From: an uncultured Pelagibacteraceae bacterium
GTDB lineage: Bacteria; Pseudomonadota; Alphaproteobacteria; Pelagibacterales; AG-422-B15
Length of the DNA: 64,000 nucleotides
Direction: 5' to 3'
Assembly: GCA_902523535.1 (NCBI GenBank)
Contig: CABYZQ010000004.1
Location: forward strand, 39,241 to 103,240
A model generated the notes under the pieces. That model was not told where the DNA came from. It ran no database searches and was given only the letters and a program-made list of their open reading frames with translations. Shown piece by piece: positions 32,192 through 39,514 of the stretch (positions within the stretch are counted from its first letter, which is position 1; each line of letters opens with the position of its first letter). The position numbers and the translations under genes were made by a program.

Positions 32192-33052
32192 TTACAGAAA
32201 ATTATTGATTTCTCTTGATACTTCAGTTGTTTTCTCCAAAGGAAGCATGTGACTTGTGTCTTCAATAAAGCATATTTCCGTTTGAGGGTTATATTTCTTA
32301 ATTCTCTTCTGACTCAGCTTATTGCAGACCACACTATTAGGAGTGAGAATTATTTTTAAAGGTATGTTTATTCTTTTTAGATCAAACCAAACTTCATGCG
32401 ATGTCAACTTGAAGCAAGCTGATTCCCAGCTTGGTTCGCATTTAAGTTTGAGCTCATTGTTTTGGTCAGTATAGGTGCAATATTCGACGTAATCTCTGAT
32501 AATTTGTTCATCAATATGTTTAAATAAATTTTTTTTTGAGAAATATTGAAAAGCATCATCTTTACTTGACCATCCATTTCTTCTTATAGATGCATTTTTT
32601 GCTAGTGGATTCACTAAATGAGAAAGGCCAGTAAATTGTAAAAACTTATAAGTTAAAATATATCTCAAAGGCAACATTACTGGATCAACAAGTATTAACT
32701 TACTCACAAGATCAGGATTAGACAAAGCCACAAGCAAACTTGCGGTTCCACCCATTGAATGACCTGAAAGCACAACAGGTTTATTTTCTATTTTGATAAG
32801 TTCTATTAGGTCATTTTTAAAAGTGTACCAAGATTTTAATTTGTTTGGATCGGCTTTTAGAGTGGTATTTCCATGACCCCGCATATCATAAGTTATGACT
32901 TCGTAACTATCACTAATGTTTGATAATAGTTTGTTATAGACTTTACCACTAAATCCATTTGCATGAGAAAAGTAAAATTTATCTGCACCGGGATTTTCCT
33001 TCTTGTATGTAACTATCTTTTCAGATTCTAGTTCAAATTCTTTTTCTAACAT
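32192..33052 (-). CDS. Alpha/beta hydrolase fold protein
   Basis: 286 aa with the nucleophile elbow GHSMGG and a late His (TSHMLP). Confidence 0.75.
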   Translation of the reverse strand: MLEKEFELESEKIVTYKKENPGADKFYFSHANGFSGKVYNKLLSNISDSYEVITYDMRGHGNTTLKADPNKLKSWYTFKNDLIELIKIENKPVVLSGHSMGGTASLLVALSNPDLVSKLILVDPVMLPLRYILTYKFLQFTGLSHLVNPLAKNASIRRNGWSSKDDAFQYFSKKNLFKHIDEQIIRDYVEYCTYTDQNNELKLKCEPSWESACFKLTSHEVWFDLKRINIPLKIILTPNSVVCNKLSQKRIKKYNPQTEICFIEDTSHMLPLEKTTEVSREINNFL

Positions 33053-33056
33053 TTAC

Positions 33057-33482
33057 TCAGTGACATGATTCATTGTATTTTTTAAGCCTATAGTAATTAT
33101 AGGGCAGCGGGGTGACAAATCCTGCTAAGAGCATGAAAGGAATAATAGTAATGGTTAACACACCACCTGCAAAAATAAGATCTGTTAAATTCATTGAAAT
33201 CTCCATTGCTACCATGCTAATGAAGCTCATTTTAAAAGCGATATTCAAAGCTTCAGAAAATGGAAAACTTTTCATCAAAATAAAAGTCTCTAGCAAAATA
33301 CTTGTCACAAGTCCGTTGAATATGGCAATTAGCATCACAAGATAAATTGACAAGGAATGATCTATCATTTGAAAATAAAATATTGTGCCAAAGTCTCCAA
33401 TACTGCATCCTAGAAGACACCACAAAGTATTGTAGCTTGCAGTCTTCCATGTCGCTTTACAAGTCCAACTAATATCAAGCAT
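33057..33482 (-). CDS. Small polytopic membrane protein, DUF4396-like
   Basis: It contains the CLLGCSIGDFG motif and about four hydrophobic helices. The start is ambiguous. The ATG at 33482 gives an 8-nt overlap (ATGCTTGA) with the upstream gene, while the longest ORF starts at 33518. Confidence 0.5.
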   Translation of the reverse strand: MLDISWTCKATWKTASYNTLWCLLGCSIGDFGTIFYFQMIDHSLSIYLVMLIAIFNGLVTSILLETFILMKSFPFSEALNIAFKMSFISMVAMEISMNLTDLIFAGGVLTITIIPFMLLAGFVTPLPYNYYRLKKYNESCH

Positions 33483-33681
33483 CAAATTTCTTAAATTCCT
33501 CTCTTCTTTCATTAGCATCTTTTAGTGCTAAGGTTTTTTCTTCATCGGACATTCTTAGCCAATTAGTGATTTCAAACTGCTCTCTAAAGCACCCAATACA
33601 GACCTTGCCGTCCATAAAAGCCTCATTATACTTACATATTTTGACGCATGGACTATCTACACGTGTTTCTTTTTTAATCAT
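33475..33681 (-). CDS. DUF1289 (YdhL-like, Cys-rich) small protein
   Basis: 68 aa with the cysteine pattern SPCVKICKY...CIGCFR typical of DUF1289. Confidence 0.7.
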   Translation of the reverse strand: MIKKETRVDSPCVKICKYNEAFMDGKVCIGCFREQFEITNWLRMSDEEKTLALKDANERREEFKKFDA

Positions 33682-33740
33682 ATAAAGCTTGATTTATTTA
33701 TATATTACAATAAAAAGCAACTTCAATTTCAAATAATTAT

Positions 33741-34454
33741 ATGGCTCGTATTACCGTTGAGGATTGCATAAAACTTATTAATAATCAGTATGATTTGGTT
33801 ATTCTTGCTAAAGAAAGAGCAGTTCAATTGGGTAGAGGAGCTACTCCCGCTGTTGACCCTGAAAACGACAAGAAGCCTGTAATAGCGCTCAGAGAAATCA
33901 GTGAATCTAAGATTACAGCCGAAGAGCTAAAAGAAAGTATTGTTTCTAAGCTAAGACAAATTCCAGATTATGAAGAAGAAGAGGAATTAGAGGAAGTGGA
34001 TAATGATACGTTTAGACAGATGTATCAAGGCGGATTGTCCAAATCAGAAATGGAAAAGTCTGCAACACGTAAATTTACTGCAAGATCCCCTAGAGTTGAA
34101 ACGAGAGCTAAGCCAATTGAAGATACGGTAAGTGATGTGGAAACCTCATCTATGAGTTCAACAGATACAAATGAAACTCCAGACCTTAATGAAACTCCAG
34201 ATCTTAATGAGACTCAGGATGTATTAGATACATCAGAAGTTGAATCTCCAATTACGGAAAGTATTGAAACAGCTCACGAGGAAACAACTGATCAAACTAC
34301 TGTTGATCCAATTGAGGAAAACCAACCTTCTGAAGAAGAAAGTTTTGCTGCGAGTGGTCAGCTAGAAGATAACAATGAAAATGAAGTTATTAATGTTGAA
34401 GAGTTGCCTGAAGTTACATCTGACATTGAAGAAGACAATCTTCCTAAAGAATAA
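33741..34454 (+). CDS. rpoZ: DNA-directed RNA polymerase omega subunit with a long acidic C-terminal extension
   Basis: The N-terminus MARITVEDCIKLINNQYDLVILAKERAVQL is the canonical omega core. The total length is 237 aa, with a D/E/S/T-rich repetitive tail. Confidence 0.85.
   Translation: MARITVEDCIKLINNQYDLVILAKERAVQLGRGATPAVDPENDKKPVIALREISESKITAEELKESIVSKLRQIPDYEEEEELEEVDNDTFRQMYQGGLSKSEMEKSATRKFTARSPRVETRAKPIEDTVSDVETSSMSSTDTNETPDLNETPDLNETQDVLDTSEVESPITESIETAHEETTDQTTVDPIEENQPSEEESFAASGQLEDNNENEVINVEELPEVTSDIEEDNLPKE
34170..34223 (+). repeat. In-frame 18-nt tandem repeat (3 copies, the third diverged) inside the rpoZ tail
   Basis: The three units are aatgaaactccagacctt, aatgaaactccagatctt and aatgagactcaggatgta. 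They encode NETPDL, NETPDL and NETQDV. Confidence 0.9.
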
Positions 34455-34459
34455 TTACC

Positions 34460-35590
34460 ATGAACTTTGACTTTTCAGATGATCAAAAGCTTTTGCGCGA
34501 TCAAGCTAGAAAGTTTTTACAAGATAAATGCGACCGTAAGTCTGTAAGAAGTATTCTAGAAGATAATCAGAAAAACTATGATGCTGATCTTTGGTCTCAA
34601 ATTTCTGAATTAGGTTGGACTGGTACTGCAATACCTGAAGAATATGGAGGACTTGGTCTAGGTATGTTGGAATTATGTGTAATAGCTGAAGAGCTAGGCA
34701 GAGCTCTTGCGCCTACACCATTTTCTTCTTCGATATATATCTTTGCTGAATTTTTAAAATCGTATGGTACGGATGAACAAAAGAAAAAATATTTACCACA
34801 CATTGCATCAGGTGAAAAAATTGGGACATTTGCTTTATCAGAAACTAATGGTAAACCAAAACCCAACAACATCAGGACACAGCATGCTTCAGGTAAAATA
34901 AATGGATCTAAAAATCCCGTTTCTGATGGAGAGTCAGCAGACTATATCATTGTTGCAGCAAATTCTGATAGTAATTCAAATTATAATTCTCTCTCACTTT
35001 TTATTATTGATAGAAATGATCCAGGCTTAAATATTTCAAACTTAGACACCATCGATCCCACGAGACCATCTTGCGCATTAGATTTGAAAAATGTTGCATG
35101 TGAAAGACTCGGAGACGAAGGAAGTGGCTGGGAGATGATTGATAATATTTTTAATAGAGCAGCTGTTTTATTCTCTTTCGAGCAAGTGGGTGGGGCACAA
35201 GTCTCACTTGATGAAGCAAAAAAATATTCACTTGAGCGATTCGCTTTTGGAAAGCAGATAGGTGCATTTCAAGCTTTAAAGCATAAGATGGCGGACATGT
35301 ATGTCAAAATTGAATTAGCAAGATCTAATGCCTACTATGGTGCCTGGGCACTAAGCACAGATTCAAATGAATTGCCAATTGCCGCTGCTGGTGCAAGGGT
35401 GAGTGCCTCGGAAGCTTACAATTACGCGTCTCAGGAAAATATTCAAATACATGGAGGTGTTGGTTTTACTTGGGAATATGACTGCCACTTGTTTTATCGT
35501 AGATCCAAACTACTTTCTTTAAATATTGGTAGTATTCGTCAGTGGAAAGAAAATTTAATTTCAAATCTTGAAAAAAGGAATATAGTTTAA
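34460..35590 (+). CDS. Acyl-CoA dehydrogenase family protein (pair 1, small-subunit-like)
   Basis: 376 aa with an ACAD fold (QIHGGVGFTWEYD). The position aligned to the MCAD-type catalytic Glu in IYEGT reads LNIGS. Confidence 0.85.
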   Translation: MNFDFSDDQKLLRDQARKFLQDKCDRKSVRSILEDNQKNYDADLWSQISELGWTGTAIPEEYGGLGLGMLELCVIAEELGRALAPTPFSSSIYIFAEFLKSYGTDEQKKKYLPHIASGEKIGTFALSETNGKPKPNNIRTQHASGKINGSKNPVSDGESADYIIVAANSDSNSNYNSLSLFIIDRNDPGLNISNLDTIDPTRPSCALDLKNVACERLGDEGSGWEMIDNIFNRAAVLFSFEQVGGAQVSLDEAKKYSLERFAFGKQIGAFQALKHKMADMYVKIELARSNAYYGAWALSTDSNELPIAAAGARVSASEAYNYASQENIQIHGGVGFTWEYDCHLFYRRSKLLSLNIGSIRQWKENLISNLEKRNIV

Positions 35591-35592
35591 AA

Positions 35593-36876
35593 ATGGATTT
35601 TAACGACACACCTCAAGAAGCTGAATTTAGAAAAAAAGTAAGATCTTTTCTAGAAGCCAATGCAGAAAAAAGATCTACTCTAGCCGCAAAGCCAAAGGGT
35701 GATGCAGGATCTTCTATTTCAAGTGCTGGAGCGCCAGAAACTGTAAAAGGTGAAGATGCTGCAAAGGTAGCGCTAGACAATGCTAAAGAATGGCAAAGAA
35801 AAAAAGCTGATGCTGGATTTGCTGCTATTCTATGGCCAAAGGAATTCGGAGGTTACGGAGGAACACCTATAGAGCAAGTTATATATGCTCAAGAAGAACA
35901 CGACTACTTTGTACACTCAGGATATTTTGAAATTGGAATAGGCATGCTTGGGCCAACCATGATGGCTTGGGGCAAAGATGAAGATAAAAAAAGATTTCTA
36001 CCGAAAATGATTACAGGCGAAGAAATTTGGTGCCAATTATTTTCTGAACCGTCAGCAGGATCAGATTTAGCTGGTATAAGAATGAAGGCAGAAAAAGACG
36101 GTGATGAATGGGTATTAAACGGTCAAAAGGTTTGGACTTCAGGAGCTCATTTTGCCGATTATGGAATGATTGTAGCACGATCTGATCCTACTGCCTTAAA
36201 ACATAAGGGACTTACTTATTTTTATGTTGATATGAAAACACCAGGAATTGAAGCTAAGCCTATTAAGCAAATTTCTGGTTCAGCTAATTTCAATGAAGTT
36301 TTCTTTAATGACGTTCGTATACCTGACAGTCAAAGAATTGGCGCAGAGGGTGACGGGTGGAAAGTGTCACTTACTACTCTAATGAATGAAAGATTAGCGG
36401 TAGGAGATCCTCCAGGCTTGGATTTCGACCAAATTTTTGAAGCCTCTAAAGAAATTGAAGTTGAAGATGGTCTTGCTGTAAAAAATAGTGAAGTAAGACA
36501 AAAGATGGCTGACTGGTACATTCAATCTCGCGGTTTGCAATATACGAAATACAGAAGCATGACCGCTTTATCAAAAGGTCAAACGCCAGGACCAGAGCTC
36601 TCAATAAGTAAACTAGTCACAGCATCAAAAATGCAAGATGTATCGTCTTATGCTCTGGATTTGATGGACATGTCAGGTATGGTTCACCAAGATAAAAATC
36701 CAATTCTTAAAAACTTATTCCAAAACGGCTATTTTTTCTCTGCTGCCATGAGAATTGCTGGTGGTACTGACGAAGTTTTAAGAAATATTATTGCGGAGCG
36801 AGTCCTAGGGCTACCACAAGATGAAAGGTCAGATAAAAAACTGCCTTTCAATGAGTTACCGTCTGGTAAAAACTAA
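35593..36876 (+). CDS. Acyl-CoA dehydrogenase family protein (pair 1, large-subunit-like)
   Basis: 427 aa with FSEPSAGSDLAG and WTSGAHFADY. The C-terminal IAGGTDEVLRNIIAERVLG has Gly where MCAD has Glu. It starts 2 nt after the preceding ACAD. Confidence 0.85.
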   Translation: MDFNDTPQEAEFRKKVRSFLEANAEKRSTLAAKPKGDAGSSISSAGAPETVKGEDAAKVALDNAKEWQRKKADAGFAAILWPKEFGGYGGTPIEQVIYAQEEHDYFVHSGYFEIGIGMLGPTMMAWGKDEDKKRFLPKMITGEEIWCQLFSEPSAGSDLAGIRMKAEKDGDEWVLNGQKVWTSGAHFADYGMIVARSDPTALKHKGLTYFYVDMKTPGIEAKPIKQISGSANFNEVFFNDVRIPDSQRIGAEGDGWKVSLTTLMNERLAVGDPPGLDFDQIFEASKEIEVEDGLAVKNSEVRQKMADWYIQSRGLQYTKYRSMTALSKGQTPGPELSISKLVTASKMQDVSSYALDLMDMSGMVHQDKNPILKNLFQNGYFFSAAMRIAGGTDEVLRNIIAERVLGLPQDERSDKKLPFNELPSGKN

Positions 36877-36886
36877 TATCAGTTAA

Positions 36887-37738
36887 GTGTTCAGTACAAT
36901 TTTTAGCAATGTTGCGTCAGGCGACTTGCTCTTCTCTATTTCCTTACTGATCGGTACAGGTATTTTTGCTGGTTTTATAGCAGGTCTTTTTGGCATTGGA
37001 GGAGGCGTCGTCGTAGTGCCTGCTCTGTACTATATTTTTACTCTAGCTGAAGTAGATGAAAGTATAAGAATGCACTTAGCAGTTGGAACATCACTTGCAA
37101 ATATCGTCCCAATATCAATTATTTCTGCAGTAAGCCACGCTAGGAAGAATTCCGTAAATATAGATTTCTTAAAGTTTATATTTGTTTCAATAATTGTGGG
37201 TGTTACTTGCGGCTCAATTGCAGTCTCTTATCTAGAGGGAAGCACACTAATTTTGATTTACTCAATAATATTACTGTTTGTCGCTGCGCAGTTTTTTTTC
37301 TGGCAAGATAAATGGAGATTATCGTCTTCTTTTCCTAAAAATATTACTGGTCATGGATTCGGTTCAGTTATTGGATTCCTTTCAGTGATCATTGGAGTAG
37401 GTGGCGGGTCAATAAGTATCCCTATACTTAAACTATATAATTTTGAAATACATAAAGCGATCGGAACAGCAGCTGGAATTGGAACTATTGTTGCTGTACC
37501 TGGAACAATAGGATTTATGATTGCTGGCTTACAAAACAATGTCGATTTGCCATTATCCTTTGGCTATGTAAGCCTTGTAGGACTTATATTAATTACACCT
37601 ATTACAATAATTGGCGCACCGATTGGGGTCAGGTTTGCTCACTATTTATCTAAAAGTAAGTTAAATCTTCTCTTTGGAATATTTATCTTGTTTATGTCGA
37701 TTCGGTTCTATCTGGAATGGTTATCATTAACCAGTTAA
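36887..37738 (+). CDS. TauE/SafE (TSUP, DUF81) family anion exporter
   Basis: 283 aa with about 8 TM helices and duplicated GIGGG/GVGGG motifs. GTG start. Confidence 0.8.
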   Translation: MFSTIFSNVASGDLLFSISLLIGTGIFAGFIAGLFGIGGGVVVVPALYYIFTLAEVDESIRMHLAVGTSLANIVPISIISAVSHARKNSVNIDFLKFIFVSIIVGVTCGSIAVSYLEGSTLILIYSIILLFVAAQFFFWQDKWRLSSSFPKNITGHGFGSVIGFLSVIIGVGGGSISIPILKLYNFEIHKAIGTAAGIGTIVAVPGTIGFMIAGLQNNVDLPLSFGYVSLVGLILITPITIIGAPIGVRFAHYLSKSKLNLLFGIFILFMSIRFYLEWLSLTS

Positions 37739-39241
37739 TTTCTGATCATATTCACCAACCTTACCTGTCTGATCGAGAAGTGCATTTATATAATTAAAGA
37801 TTAACTCAACTTCATTATTAGACTCAAAGCTTTCAATAACAATGACCAAAGATGGTTTATTGGAAGAGGCCCTGACCAGTCCCCAGGACCCATTAGAAAG
37901 TTCAAACCGAATACCATTGATTGTCGTTATTTTCTCAATATTTTGATTTCCAACCTTCCCCCCCTTTTCTTCTGTCTCTGTGATTTTTTTTATAATTGAG
38001 TCTACAACTTGATACTTTTCACCATCTTCGCAGAAAGGGGCCATCGTTGGTGACTGAAAAGTCTTTTTAATTTCCAATTTCTTAACTGATAGTTTTTTAG
38101 TTATGTCATTACTTAAATATTGAAGCATTAAACATGCAGATTTTAATCCATCATCAAAACCTAATCCCAATGGCTCGTTAATAAAAAAATGACCACTTTT
38201 TTCAAAACCACACAGCGCGCCAATTTCTTTAACCCTTCTTTTTATATGAGAATGTCCTGTTTTCCACATATCGACTGTGCAATTATTTTTCTTAAGTATT
38301 GAACTTTCAAAATAAAGTCCTGTAGATTTAACATCGATTACAAACTTTGATCCTGGATAACCATCTGACAAAAACTCAGATAGTAATAAACCTATTTTAT
38401 CGGAAAATATTTCTTCCCCTTTATCATCTACTACACCAAGCCTGTCACCATCACCGTCAAAAGCAAAGCCTACATCAGCATTATGCTTAATAACATTTTC
38501 TGATAAATCCTTTAGCATTACTAGGTCTTCAGGGTTTGGATTATAGTGTGGAAATTTAAAATCTAAATCACAGTGTAACTCAATCACTTCACAGTCCAAA
38601 CGTTTCAATAATTCTGGTGCAAAAGCTCCAGCAGTTCCATTACCACATGCAACTACAACTTTAATTCCTTTATTAATTTTTACATCTGAAGCAAGGTATT
38701 CAATGTATTTATCCTTCACCCCAGGAATAAATTGATACTCCCCATTATTTTCCATCGTAACGTTATGATTGTTATCAACAATTTTTTTAATTGATTTCAC
38801 TTCTTCAGGCCCAAAGGTAAGTGATTTTTCAATACCGCATTTAATGCCGGTCCAGCCATTTTCATTATGACTTGCAGTGATCATGGCTAAACTGTCAGTA
38901 TTTAAATGGTGTTGAGCAAAATAAACCATGGGTGACACTGAAAGTCCGACATCCATTACTTTTAAACCTGAGGACAACAAACCTTTTACAACATGATATT
39001 TTACCTCTTCGCTGTATGACCTATAATCATGACCAACAACGATTGATGACCCACTCCCTTTTATATCAGATATATATTGGCCTAAACCGTAACCAAAAAC
39101 CTCAAGGCCTTTTTTATTTATCTGATCTGGATAGAGCCACCTAGCATCATATTCTCTAAATCCATAAGGAGAAATACTTGCAGCTTCAAGTTCTTCATCG
39201 AAGTCAAAACTGATGCTGGATTGCGATTTAAATATTTTCAT
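37727..39241 (-). CDS. Phosphomannomutase/phosphoglucomutase (alpha-D-phosphohexomutase family)
   Basis: 504 aa with the active-site loop TASHNENGWTG and the Mg-binding FDGDGDR motif. Confidence 0.9.
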   Translation of the reverse strand: MKIFKSQSSISFDFDEELEAASISPYGFREYDARWLYPDQINKKGLEVFGYGLGQYISDIKGSGSSIVVGHDYRSYSEEVKYHVVKGLLSSGLKVMDVGLSVSPMVYFAQHHLNTDSLAMITASHNENGWTGIKCGIEKSLTFGPEEVKSIKKIVDNNHNVTMENNGEYQFIPGVKDKYIEYLASDVKINKGIKVVVACGNGTAGAFAPELLKRLDCEVIELHCDLDFKFPHYNPNPEDLVMLKDLSENVIKHNADVGFAFDGDGDRLGVVDDKGEEIFSDKIGLLLSEFLSDGYPGSKFVIDVKSTGLYFESSILKKNNCTVDMWKTGHSHIKRRVKEIGALCGFEKSGHFFINEPLGLGFDDGLKSACLMLQYLSNDITKKLSVKKLEIKKTFQSPTMAPFCEDGEKYQVVDSIIKKITETEEKGGKVGNQNIEKITTINGIRFELSNGSWGLVRASSNKPSLVIVIESFESNNEVELIFNYINALLDQTGKVGEYDQKLTG

Positions 39242-39284
39242 TTTAAGTGTTGCGTATTTTTAAAGAATATAACATATTTATAAC

Positions 39285-39434
39285 GTTGGTTCACGTAAAG
39301 TGAATAACAGGGAATAAGGTTTAAATCCTTAGCTGTACCCGCAACTGTAACTCCAGAGCTTGAATACAGATGCCACTGATTTTATTGGGAAGGCGTATTC
39401 AAATTTTGACGGAGAAGTCAGGAGACCTACCAAC
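39285..39434 (+). promoter_or_regulatory. Cobalamin (B12) riboswitch aptamer
   Basis: All conserved blocks are present in order: AGGGAA (39309-14), GGTttAAATCC, CCCGCAACTGTAA (39338-50), GCCACTG (39372-78), GGGAAGGC (39387-94), and the B12 box AGTCAGGAGACC (39416-27). The closing P1 stem pairs gttggt (39285-90) with accaac (39429-34). Confidence 0.9.
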
Positions 39435-39514
39435 AAAACATAGTCATCCACACGTGATCGGGATAATCATTTGGGCACAATTTGTTTGCGGTGACTTCAA
39501 ACTGGAGGCAAAAC

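Noticed and set aside
39482-39514. The ORF track gives a TTG start at 39482 for the TonB-dependent receptor.
   Set aside because: It would add 11 non-signal-peptide residues and place the start inside the riboswitch expression platform. The ATG at 39515 has GGAGG 6 nt upstream and begins a canonical signal peptide.
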